Shown piece after piece: positions 37,451-46,501 of a stretch of DNA of 64,000 nucleotides. Origin of the DNA: Methanomassiliicoccales archaeon. GTDB taxonomy: Archaea; Thermoplasmatota; Thermoplasmata; RBG-16-68-12; SOIM01. The position numbers and the translations under genes are program-made. The notes under the pieces were generated by a model. It ran no database searches. It had not been told where the DNA came from and was given only the letters and a program-made list of their open reading frames with translations. Location of the stretch: the NCBI GenBank assembly GCA_004377185.1, contig SOIM01000036.1, forward strand, positions 11,890 to 75,889, in the 5' to 3' direction. The first letter of the stretch is position 1; the number at the start of each line of letters is the position of its first letter.

Positions 37451-38520
37451 CCGAGAGGATCGTGAGCCGGGATTCCCTCATGGTGTTGTTCAATGAACTG
37501 TATTCCAGGCGCAAGGATTCCCTTCATGTGAAGTACCCCTTCTATGACATCAGTCTGTTCGACTTTCAGTCAGATTTCCGAATAGCGAATGTGGTGGGAA
37601 AGGAGAGGCTTCAAGAGATACGTTCCGAGCACATACCTGAGAACAGTTTCCTGCGGGACGATTTGCCTGGGTATCAGGAACTGGAGAGCAGTTTCCTTTC
37701 CTGCGGCCTGCTGGATTATGACAACTGGGACGAATTCAAGAAGTGGATGAGCGATTTGGTTGCAGATTCCAAGGATCCCAGAAGAATGGTCGGTTCTCTC
37801 AGTTTCGCGATCGATACCAGTGTTCTCTACAACAAGCTCTTCTCGGCCTATCTACCTGTGAAGGATCTTGGCTTCAGTCTGGACGAAATCGATGTGGTCA
37901 TAAGTGATGTGGTCAGGGGTGAGGTTTCCAGTCGCATCAAATACAAATACAGATCTTCCGACCTGCAGGACTTGAAGCAGGTCTTCCGCAACCGTCGCTT
38001 CTTGGACGAGTTCGCCAACCGAAACATGCTCGGTACCAGGAAAGCCAAGCTGGCACAGAAGGAACTGGACACTTTCACAAGGGAGTTGTCGGCCCCTCGT
38101 GTTGCAGGAGGAGAAGTTCCCAAAGATAACGAGGAGAGGGACATTGAGATCGTGAAGACCTACAAGGTGTTCTCACAAAAATGCGGGATGAACATTGCCT
38201 TGATAACCATGGATCAGAACATGGCGGACCATGCCAAGAACGGAGGTGTGATGTACCATACTCTGGTCTATCCAAGGGAAGCCTATAAAGGAGGTCCGAT
38301 CCCTCCTTGGAGTTGCCTTCAACTGTTTCACGATCTTGCTGTGAAGTTCGGAGTTCTCGTTCTCAGCGGGATAGGCGTTGTTGTTTTCGGGGAATGGAGG
38401 GGAAAGACGAGCCAGGACTACACCAAAGAGAAGCTGAAGCTTTTGATTGATGAGAATTCCGTCATCCATAACGAGCTCGTTCGTGATCTGGATCTATGTG
38501 AGAAGATGCTGAGGATTTGA
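37447..38520 (+). CDS. PIN-like putative nuclease with uncharacterised N-terminal (~110 aa) and C-terminal (~90 aa) extensions; ATGA-coupled to the CARF gene.
   Basis: LSFAIDTSVLYN (PIN motif-1 Asp), then acidic residues, and NIALITMDQNM (PIN motif-3-like T-x-D). Start overlaps the upstream stop (ATGA). Confidence 0.35.
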   Translation: MTERIVSRDSLMVLFNELYSRRKDSLHVKYPFYDISLFDFQSDFRIANVVGKERLQEIRSEHIPENSFLRDDLPGYQELESSFLSCGLLDYDNWDEFKKWMSDLVADSKDPRRMVGSLSFAIDTSVLYNKLFSAYLPVKDLGFSLDEIDVVISDVVRGEVSSRIKYKYRSSDLQDLKQVFRNRRFLDEFANRNMLGTRKAKLAQKELDTFTRELSAPRVAGGEVPKDNEERDIEIVKTYKVFSQKCGMNIALITMDQNMADHAKNGGVMYHTLVYPREAYKGGPIPPWSCLQLFHDLAVKFGVLVLSGIGVVVFGEWRGKTSQDYTKEKLKLLIDENSVIHNELVRDLDLCEKMLRI

Positions 38521-38546
38521 TTTCCCCGGTTTCAGTTTCCTTGCGT

Positions 38547-39407
38547 TCAGTACTCTCCGAGGGTCCCTTTCAATCTAGCTTTCCTCTCGCCGCGTTTGTA
38601 GAGAAGATAACCCACGACCGGGGATAGAATGCCGAAAAGGACCACTATCACGATTTCATACCCAAAGGCAAGCAACTCCGGATTCTGGCCAACTAGGATC
38701 GATCGGAACAAGTCCACGCCGTAGCTCAGTGGGATCCATCTCGTGACGGTGTTCAGGATCTCCGGAGGGAGTGCGGAGAAAGGAAAGAACATGGCACAGA
38801 ATATCATGAAGAAGAACTGTAGCACGTTTATGAGCAGGTTGGCGCTCTCTTTGAGCCTCAATATCAAAGATGCGGCCATGAAGCCGATCCCAAGGATGCC
38901 AGTGATCGAAAAGAACAGCACGACCAACGCAAGAAGAACGTTTTCGGCAGGGAGGCCTCCAACATAGTGGCTGACCACCACCAGAGCTATGATCACCATC
39001 ACTACCGTCCATACCACAATCGCAAAGATCCTGGAGGTCAGGTTGCTGAACTTGTTCACCGGGGAGAGATAGAGCGATTCGAGCGTGCCGCGGTATTGTT
39101 CCTCCCTGATGGAGAACCCGATCTCCCAGAGTACGAAGATGAGGAACATGTTGAGAACGAATCCGTACATCATGATGCCGGCTATCCTTGACAGTCCCGC
39201 CCCTCCCTCGCCGATGAAAATAATGGCAGCGAACATGAACATGCCAATGATGAGGAGAACCTGCGAGAATTCCGCCACGAACGAAATCGGATACCGGGAG
39301 AACTCTATTACCTGCTTTTTTGTCATGCTCAGGAATGTGAAGAAGCTCTGCTTGAGACTCAGGTCGGAGTAACCGAATCCTTTGTGAGCGGTCCCGCCAG
39401 AGGTCAA
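38547..39407 (-). CDS. ABC-2 type transporter permease.
   Basis: Six TM with the ABC-2 family pattern. Overlaps the upstream permease gene by 4 nt. Confidence 0.65.
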   Translation of the reverse strand: MTSGGTAHKGFGYSDLSLKQSFFTFLSMTKKQVIEFSRYPISFVAEFSQVLLIIGMFMFAAIIFIGEGGAGLSRIAGIMMYGFVLNMFLIFVLWEIGFSIREEQYRGTLESLYLSPVNKFSNLTSRIFAIVVWTVVMVIIALVVVSHYVGGLPAENVLLALVVLFFSITGILGIGFMAASLILRLKESANLLINVLQFFFMIFCAMFFPFSALPPEILNTVTRWIPLSYGVDLFRSILVGQNPELLAFGYEIVIVVLFGILSPVVGYLLYKRGERKARLKGTLGEY

Positions 39408-40279
39408 TACAATCCCATCCCCTGATTCTTCTTCAGTCTTCTCTCCGTTCTCATGAACACCGCGTATCCCAGGAGCGGGACGATGGCAGCGAACACGAAG
39501 ATGATCGCCAGATCAATGTACCAGTGTTCAAAGAAATACCCAACATCAAGCAGAGATGCCCTCACCCCGTTCGTCATCCAGGTGGGAGGAAATGACAGTG
39601 CCACGTATCTGAGAAAGGGAGGGAGAACGGTGACCGGGAAGTAGACCCCCATGAAGAACGCCATGACCCACTGGAGCATGTTGATGAGCGAGCTCGCTTC
39701 CTTGACCTTCAGGATCAGCGCGCCGAACATGAAACTGATGCCCCAGAGGGGCAGGAGGCCGACCATGATGAAAAGCACCGCTATCATGATGTTCCCTTGA
39801 AACGGGTTCACGCCAAAGATTAGCGAACCCAGCAAGAAGGATAAGATGAAGGCTACGAAGGCTCGAATGAGCGCGTATCCCGTCACGCCTCCGATTACCA
39901 AGTACTTCTTCGCGGGAGTGACCCAGACAGACTCCAGAGTGCCCGTGACCATCTCCCTCCTCACCCAGAACCCCACGAGCCAAGTCATCAGTGAGACGAC
40001 CATGAAGGTGCAGGAGCCGATCAACATGAAAGCCTTGAAATCGCCCGTCCCAGTGGAGATCTTCCAGTTCTCGGCCACAGGGGTTCCACCGCTTGCCAGG
40101 GAAACGCCAAGCATTATCGGCAGGGCCGCGAAGACTATGGGCATGAACAGCTCCATCAGCAGAGAGCCCTTGTATCTGGAGATGATGATAAGTCTCACCT
40201 TCAGCACGGACGCGAAAACGCCGAAAGTGGTCCTCGGGGTCTTCTTGTAAAGACCCAGACCAGCGATCGATGTGGCCAC
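39404..40279 (-). CDS. ABC-2 type transporter permease.
   Basis: Six TM; start overlaps the stop of the ATPase gene. Confidence 0.65.
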   Translation of the reverse strand: MATSIAGLGLYKKTPRTTFGVFASVLKVRLIIISRYKGSLLMELFMPIVFAALPIMLGVSLASGGTPVAENWKISTGTGDFKAFMLIGSCTFMVVSLMTWLVGFWVRREMVTGTLESVWVTPAKKYLVIGGVTGYALIRAFVAFILSFLLGSLIFGVNPFQGNIMIAVLFIMVGLLPLWGISFMFGALILKVKEASSLINMLQWVMAFFMGVYFPVTVLPPFLRYVALSFPPTWMTNGVRASLLDVGYFFEHWYIDLAIIFVFAAIVPLLGYAVFMRTERRLKKNQGMGLY

Positions 40280-41325
40280 TATACCTTGCCTCCCGCCTCT
40301 CCCTTCTTTTCCTTGGAGAGCTCGGACGTATCCACGCTCAACGCCCTTCCCGTTTCGGCGATGAACACATCCTCCAGTGTGACATCCTGTGGTTTGATAT
40401 ACTCGATTTGTACATCATTCTCAAGCAATACCTCCATTATCTTCGGCAAGATCTTTCTGCTGTTGTCGCACATGACGCTAAGCGTTGACATTCCGGCCTT
40501 CACGTCCTTGATGACGGCCTCCCTCACTCCAGGTATTGCTCTTATCTTCTCGGCAACCCCTTTCGGGATCACCCCTCCAAGGTTGATGACATCCTGGACC
40601 CTGAGGGATTTCTTCAGTTCGGCCGGCGTTCCGAGGGCGATGATCTCTCCTCTGTCAATGATGGCCACTCTCTGGCACAGCTCGTCCGCTTCGAACATCT
40701 GGTGCGTGGTGTAGATTATGGTATGGCCCTCTCTGTTGAGCTCTTTGACTATCCTTCTCAGTTCCCTTGCTGCGTGAACGTCCATTGTTACAGTAGGTTC
40801 ATCCAGGAAAAGAATGGGTGCATCATTCACCAGCGATTTTGCGAAGGCTGTGATCATTTTCTGTCCGCTGGAGTAGGTCTCCACCGTCCGGTCCAGGAAT
40901 TCCCGCATGTTCAGAAGATCTGCGAGATAAGTGATTCTCTCCTTCCTTTTCTCCTTTGGGACGTGATAGAGCGCACCAAAATATTCCAGGTTCTCCCGGC
41001 CGGTGAGTTTCCAGTAGAGCCCCCTCTCACCCATCAGCATGCAGCCCAAGGAGGCTCTTACGAGATTCTCCTCCTTTTGCAGGTTGAAACCGTTCACCCA
41101 GGCCGTTCCCTCGGTAGGTATGAGGAGGGTGGTCAAGCACTTGATTAGGGTTGTTTTTCCTGCGCCATTGGGTCCCAACAGGCCGAATATCTCACCGTCA
41201 TAGATGTCCAGATTGATGTTCTTGAGAGCCTGTATCTTCCTCTTCTCGGGTCTGAGGAACCTTTTTCTCTCTTTGGATATGAATGTCTTGGACATGTTCT
41301 GAACTTTGATGATGGCTCTTGGCAT
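40279..41325 (-). CDS. ABC transporter ATP-binding protein (exporter-type, DrrA/CcmA-like).
   Basis: Walker A GLLGPNGAGKTT, signature YSSGQKM, Walker B ILFLDEPT, H-loop. Confidence 0.85.
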   Translation of the reverse strand: MPRAIIKVQNMSKTFISKERKRFLRPEKRKIQALKNINLDIYDGEIFGLLGPNGAGKTTLIKCLTTLLIPTEGTAWVNGFNLQKEENLVRASLGCMLMGERGLYWKLTGRENLEYFGALYHVPKEKRKERITYLADLLNMREFLDRTVETYSSGQKMITAFAKSLVNDAPILFLDEPTVTMDVHAARELRRIVKELNREGHTIIYTTHQMFEADELCQRVAIIDRGEIIALGTPAELKKSLRVQDVINLGGVIPKGVAEKIRAIPGVREAVIKDVKAGMSTLSVMCDNSRKILPKIMEVLLENDVQIEYIKPQDVTLEDVFIAETGRALSVDTSELSKEKKGEAGGKV

Positions 41326-41447
41326 GGGACCAGCTGACCTTAGGAGATTTGGGACTTTGTTTATATGGGTATCGTTGTGAAGTGTGTGAAGGTCCTAGGT
41401 TGATTGATAGTAGAACCCTATCGGAGAGGTTGATGACTCGTTATTGA

Positions 41448-43076
41448 CTACTTGCCCTTCTTCTTTACAGGGAGACTCTTCAGTGCGTGATCCATGATCC
41501 CCTGAATGTTCTTAGAAAACTTCTCCACATCTTCCGAGGACATTGGCTCTGCTTCCAGAATGTGACGTGTGTAAGTCTGGTCAATATAATGGAGCTCACG
41601 CAAAAAGCCGAGAAAGACAACATCAAGCCTCCTCAACTCTCTCTGGGCCTCCTGGATTCTCTCACGAGGCTTGGCAACAAAGACTCCATAGATAGTGCCA
41701 GATGTTCCAGGTATGGCAGTCAATACAACTCCTGCCCAGCCTTCCAAGGAACCTTCGTTGAACAAGGCAATTAGGGCACTGGCAAGAATGAAAAAGATCC
41801 CAACTCCGAAGACAACAAGATCCATCGTTGTGGTGGTTTTGTAGGTTTCGTACGCACTATCTGAAAATTTTTTGTGTTGGTTTCGAATATTTTCTTCTGC
41901 GTTCTGAATCAGACCGAAATACTCCCGCCTTATCGAATCTCGAGCTCTGAGCTTCTCGTAGGCTTCAGCGCCCCCCATCTGCATAAGTAGCTTCCGTCCA
42001 GCCTCTTGACGTTCCGATGTTCCCGAAATCATGGCAGCCTCAAGCTCATCTGGTACCTTCTTCCCTCCCATCACAAGCCCTTTCATATGTCGGAGAGCAT
42101 CCGCCAGTTTCTTTATATTGTCAGAATCAATTGCGGCGTCCACTATATGACCAACTGCTTCTCTGGTTCCCACAGTCTTCTCGAGTGATCTGGCTGCTGT
42201 ACGGACAACGAGAGGATTGTCATCATCAAGTTCTTCTCTCAGGATGGACTCCGCTCTCTTCTCTTCCAGATTGCCAAGAACAGCCAGAGCTTTGATTCTC
42301 CAACTGTCATGTCCCAGGAAACGCCTGCTCTTGTCAACAAACCCCATTAGGGCTTTTGAAGAATTCTGAGCTTCCTTTGTGCCTCTCGGTACCAGGCTCA
42401 GTGCGGTTATTGCAAGATAGACATTGGGGTCGTATTCCGCCCTCCTGTATGTGTCAACGGTGTACAATTGCACTATGCCAATGACAATCATTACAGCCTC
42501 CTGGACATACACAATGCGCAGAGCACGCAATGCCTGCCATCTATTTGCCTCGTCTTCAAGTACATCCATGAGAGCCTTTTTTGAATCATTCTCCTTCTCC
42601 GCCAATATGGCATGGGAGAGACTTCTGACCAAATCATGTTTTTCTTTGGCCTTCACTTCTCGCGCAATATCTTTCAATTCGGACGGATTTCCCACAGTGA
42701 GCCCTGCAAGTGTCCAATATCTGACCCATTGGTCCGTCTCGTATTGGGCATCGAGAATGTGCTTTTTTGCCTTCACAAGGGCGTTCTCGTCCTTGCCACT
42801 CAGCCTTCCCAGACTACTCAACAGCCAGGCACGAGTCAAGGCGATAGAAGGATCTTTCAACTTCGACTCCATCCCAGGGGAGCAGTCTTCCTCAATGGAT
42901 TTGATGATCAGGTGACAGAGAACTTCCCGAAACTTCTTGCTGTCCAACCATTTCACAATCTCTCCCTGTACTTGAATTCTCTCAGCCTCACGACCGCGAG
43001 CCAAAATGTTGTGTATCCTGGCCGCTTCAGACTCTGGATTAGAAACCATTTGTGTACCTCCAGATTTTATACCCAC
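41448..43076 (-). CDS. HEAT/PBS-lyase-like repeat protein with one internal TM helix and a cytoplasmic C-terminal tail; first gene of the ABC-2 operon.
   Basis: Repeated ~30-aa helical repeats with the motif LGxLG...A..AL. TM MDLVVFGVGIFFILASALIALF near residue 395. Confidence 0.45.
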   Translation of the reverse strand: MGIKSGGTQMVSNPESEAARIHNILARGREAERIQVQGEIVKWLDSKKFREVLCHLIIKSIEEDCSPGMESKLKDPSIALTRAWLLSSLGRLSGKDENALVKAKKHILDAQYETDQWVRYWTLAGLTVGNPSELKDIAREVKAKEKHDLVRSLSHAILAEKENDSKKALMDVLEDEANRWQALRALRIVYVQEAVMIVIGIVQLYTVDTYRRAEYDPNVYLAITALSLVPRGTKEAQNSSKALMGFVDKSRRFLGHDSWRIKALAVLGNLEEKRAESILREELDDDNPLVVRTAARSLEKTVGTREAVGHIVDAAIDSDNIKKLADALRHMKGLVMGGKKVPDELEAAMISGTSERQEAGRKLLMQMGGAEAYEKLRARDSIRREYFGLIQNAEENIRNQHKKFSDSAYETYKTTTTMDLVVFGVGIFFILASALIALFNEGSLEGWAGVVLTAIPGTSGTIYGVFVAKPRERIQEAQRELRRLDVVFLGFLRELHYIDQTYTRHILEAEPMSSEDVEKFSKNIQGIMDHALKSLPVKKKGK

Positions 43077-43281
43077 CGATCTCGGTCCTCCACTCTAGCT
43101 CAACTAATGTGATTACAGGCGAGCTCCCTCTCCTCTGACGGCGCATACCTCATTCCCCCTATTTAAATTATATCGCCCTTTCTCACTCCCCCAACCCTCA
43201 GGCACCCCTAGCTATTCTATTGAATTACTACAAGGCAGCTTCCTTTCTTTGAAATCCTCAACGGAAGATTAATATTGCCGA

Positions 43282-43920
43282 TTGGAGTATGAACGGTTAA
43301 TGCCATCCAAGAAGGATGATTTGGCTTCCCGGATCGCGAAGATCGAGAAATCAGTCAGGAAGGTAGAGGAGACTCTTGCAAGGCTCTCAAACAAGGTGGG
43401 CGAACAGAAGAAGGAGACAAAGAAGCTTACAAGCAAGATGGAAACCCGAGTCAAAAGGGAAAGCATAATGATGGAAGCCATGGGGATGTCTAGCAGGACC
43501 AAGAAGGGCGACAGAGCCATTCTAGGGAATCTGAACGATTCCATCATGAAACTGGAAGAGTATCTCCTAAGAACAAGCGAGAGGATCGAAAACATCCTGA
43601 ACGCCCTGAAGAGCCACAGGGAATTCTTGGTCAAGATGAACAAAAGGGTCAACAAGGTCGGGATGAGGGAAAGGATAGGCATGGAACTGGACATAATGAA
43701 GAACACCCTCACGATAATGGCCATAGGTGGCGTTAAACTGGACGAGTCCCTTTTCCATGACGTACGGGAGCTCAGAGCTGCCTCTAATAATCCCAAGGTC
43801 TCATCAACCGATTTGAAGAAAAGAAAGGGTGACTTGGACAAGAAGTTCGGAGATGAACTGGGCCGCTATGATTTGGAAAAGATTTGGAAGAAGAAGAAGG
43901 ACATTCCCGGTTATGTCTGA
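43282..43920 (+). CDS. Coiled-coil protein of unknown function.
   Basis: K/E-rich heptads throughout. The overlapping minus-strand ORF 43269..43841 is an L/S/F-rich antisense artefact. Confidence 0.4.
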   Translation: MEYERLMPSKKDDLASRIAKIEKSVRKVEETLARLSNKVGEQKKETKKLTSKMETRVKRESIMMEAMGMSSRTKKGDRAILGNLNDSIMKLEEYLLRTSERIENILNALKSHREFLVKMNKRVNKVGMRERIGMELDIMKNTLTIMAIGGVKLDESLFHDVRELRAASNNPKVSSTDLKKRKGDLDKKFGDELGRYDLEKIWKKKKDIPGYV

Positions 43921-44768
43921 GCCTTCCAGATTGCCATGATTGTTTCTCTTACGAGTCGAGTTGCCAGTGCTGATGTGTTCCCATTGTCAAATGGAGGAGA
44001 GACCTCCACTATGTCAAATCCGACCAATCTGTCGGCAAGGTAGTTGATGCATTTCTTGATTTCCAAGGGGGTCAGTCCAAAAGGTTCTGGATTGCTTATT
44101 CCAGGAGCGAAGGCCGGGTCTATGACGTCCATGTCAAGGGAAAGGTAGATTCTGTCCTTGTCAATCCATCTCAGGGCCATTTCCAACGCTTCATGCATCG
44201 TGGTCTTCTCGCTCAGTTCGTAGCTGGATATGAATCTCAAACCCAATTCCTCAGCATCCACTTCCTCTTCCTTCGAGAAGGACCGGACTCCAATCGGGAC
44301 AACATTCTTCACACCAATGGCATCGGATACCCTTCTGACAGTACTGCAGTGGCTGAACTTCTCACCTTCATATTCATCTCTGAAGTCGAGGTGGGCGTCC
44401 AGGACAATCACACCAATATCATCGAAGCACTTAACAACACCAGCAGTCAGGGAGTGTTCTCCTCCCAGAACGATGGGTATCTTGCCTCTCTTCACAATTC
44501 CTCCAGCGAACTCCTCTACTCCCTGGACCATCCTGTTAACGTTATCGAACTCCTCCAGATTCCCCAAATCGCAGTAATTGATTGATTCAATATCTTCTCC
44601 ATGCTCGAACATGTACGTCTCGAAGTTGTAGGAAGCCTCTCTTATCTTGTCAGGTGCCAGTGCGCTGCCGGACCTGAACGAACTCGTCCCGTCAAAAGGA
44701 ACCCCGAAGATGGCAAATCTTGCTTCCTCCAAACTCGAATTCGCGTCCGCGAAAAGGGATTCCGGCAT
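43911..44768 (-). CDS. speB: Agmatinase (ureohydrolase family).
   Basis: Arginase-fold motifs GGEHS, DAHLD, SLDMDVIDPAFAPG. The start is probably MPESLF at 44768 rather than the longer ORF start at 44819. Confidence 0.85.
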   Translation of the reverse strand: MPESLFADANSSLEEARFAIFGVPFDGTSSFRSGSALAPDKIREASYNFETYMFEHGEDIESINYCDLGNLEEFDNVNRMVQGVEEFAGGIVKRGKIPIVLGGEHSLTAGVVKCFDDIGVIVLDAHLDFRDEYEGEKFSHCSTVRRVSDAIGVKNVVPIGVRSFSKEEEVDAEELGLRFISSYELSEKTTMHEALEMALRWIDKDRIYLSLDMDVIDPAFAPGISNPEPFGLTPLEIKKCINYLADRLVGFDIVEVSPPFDNGNTSALATRLVRETIMAIWKAQT

Positions 44769-44778
44769 AAGTCCCCCA

Positions 44779-45165
44779 TTACACTCTTGTGATCTTCTTC
44801 CTTCCCATCGCCACCACATACAGTATCTCTTTTCCAGGAGTCAGATTGGACTCGAACTCCTTCGGGATGGGTATGCTGAAGGTCCCGTACGTCTCCAAGT
44901 CCATGAGCTGGACCTCTGCGCCCATCAGTGCAAGGACCTGCGCTTTCCTCCTGTCGATTAAGGGAACCTTCACCTTATGGGTGACTGGACGCACGAGGCT
45001 CCTCTTCTGCCCGTCAAAGAGACCGACTGCCTCAATCCTCCCCTTCGCTTCTCCGTGTTTCCCAGTCTTTCCGGTCTTAATGCTCAAGATCCTGCAGGGT
45101 TCATCATCAATCATGATGTACCTGTTCGGTTTCAGTGTTCTGAGTTCAGCCAAATTCCAGGACAT
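44779..45165 (-). CDS. eif5a: Translation initiation factor aIF-5A (hypusine-containing).
   Basis: Hypusination loop KTGKHGEAKG; 128 aa. Confidence 0.85.
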   Translation of the reverse strand: MSWNLAELRTLKPNRYIMIDDEPCRILSIKTGKTGKHGEAKGRIEAVGLFDGQKRSLVRPVTHKVKVPLIDRRKAQVLALMGAEVQLMDLETYGTFSIPIPKEFESNLTPGKEILYVVAMGRKKITRV

Positions 45166-45219
45166 GAAAATCCCATGTGGATAATGACAGATGGACTTAT
45201 AGTTTTGTCTGTGAGCGAC

Positions 45220-46263
45220 CTACTTCTTCCTCTTCCCCTTCTTTCTCGGCGGCGGTTCCTTGTGCTTCTTCCTGACCTCTTTAATCGCCTTTTCCAGGTC
45301 CTTTTTCAATCCATCAGCGATGAAGTTCTTGGAATAGTAGTCAGCCCGTGCTGCTATTGCGATCTTGCCGGCGAACGCCCTCGCAATGCTTCCCCTCTGG
45401 TAGTACGGTGCTTTGTGGAGATGGGGATGCTGAAATATCATTCCGTGCTTTGGCGGTTTGGCCCCGGTCTTGATGTGTCTGAAGAGAGCCTTCTCCGCTC
45501 CCAGCAGCTGGATCGTGCTTGAGGGCATCCTTGCCAGCTCCTCGAGCCCTCCCGCCGTCGAGATTAGTTTAGCTCCAATGAGTGGGCCAGCCAAGTGTTC
45601 CACGTTGGGCGCGAATTCCTTCATGCTGGCCCCTACGTACTTTTCCAGCTCCTCTTTCTCCGAGTCAACATCTGTGATCAGTCCAGCGAAGTGCATTAAT
45701 GTCTCTTTTTCCTCTTCCGAGAGCTCGGCACCAACGGACCCCTCGAACTCCACCTCTGGGATGCTCTCCCTGTTTCCGTGTTCGGCTATGAGTTGAGAGA
45801 ACTTGGGCCCGCTCACCATCTTCTCCAGTTCCGGAAAATGAAGATTGTACCATTCGTGCAACCTCTCATTCAGAAGGTTCGAGGTGTGAGTGAGATCGTC
45901 TATCGTTTGGATAGCCTGGGATATATGGTCGTCCATTCCCACGGCCTTTCGCAGCCTCTTCTTGGCGACCTCTATCATCGCATCCCTCAGCAGCGATCTG
46001 TCGAAACCGTGTTCCTCTGGCTTGGGAAGGTCGACCTCCATGGGTGAGTATGTCCCTCCGATCCTCTTCTCCAGCCTTTTCTCCAGAACGAAGAACTCAT
46101 CCAGACCCTTGGTTAGCTCCTTCTCCTCTTTCAGAGCCTTGTAGTCTTCCACTCTGATGAGCCTGTCCGCGATCTCATCCTTGTCTTGGGGGAACAGCCT
46201 CTCGGCAGAGACCTTGCCGTCGTCGAGAAGGAAGGAACCGAACCAGGTGGTGACTAGATACAT
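45220..46263 (-). CDS. nop5: C/D box sRNP protein Nop5 (Nop56/58 homolog).
   Basis: Nop domain GAKPPKHGMIFQHP...YQRGSIARAFAGKIAIAARADYY. C-terminal KKGKRKK tail. Confidence 0.85.
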   Translation of the reverse strand: MYLVTTWFGSFLLDDGKVSAERLFPQDKDEIADRLIRVEDYKALKEEKELTKGLDEFFVLEKRLEKRIGGTYSPMEVDLPKPEEHGFDRSLLRDAMIEVAKKRLRKAVGMDDHISQAIQTIDDLTHTSNLLNERLHEWYNLHFPELEKMVSGPKFSQLIAEHGNRESIPEVEFEGSVGAELSEEEKETLMHFAGLITDVDSEKEELEKYVGASMKEFAPNVEHLAGPLIGAKLISTAGGLEELARMPSSTIQLLGAEKALFRHIKTGAKPPKHGMIFQHPHLHKAPYYQRGSIARAFAGKIAIAARADYYSKNFIADGLKKDLEKAIKEVRKKHKEPPPRKKGKRKK

Positions 46264-46294
46264 GCGCTGGAAAGAGTGTTGATAGAATAAAATC

Positions 46295-46486
46295 TTATCT
46301 CAGATGGTGGCGGTGGGACTTGTCGGGCTCTTCCTCGGATTCCTTTTCGATCAGGACTACTGGAGAACTGTCTACCTCTCCTTCCTCTGAGAACAGAGAG
46401 AATACCGTTCCGCACCTCACACAACTCTTGTCGTTGTGAGTGGAGTCATAGCCACACACTGGACAACGCATTGAAGTCTCTACCAC
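46295..46486 (-). CDS. Small zinc-ribbon protein.
   Basis: CPVCG...CVRCG in 63 aa with an acidic tail. Confidence 0.35.
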   Translation of the reverse strand: MVETSMRCPVCGYDSTHNDKSCVRCGTVFSLFSEEGEVDSSPVVLIEKESEEEPDKSHRHHLR

Positions 46487-46501
46487 ATTCTGAGCTTAAA
46501 A

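Noticed and set aside
43269-43841. 190-aa minus-strand ORF.
   Set aside because: It is an L/S/F-rich antisense shadow of the K/E-rich coiled-coil gene 43282..43920.
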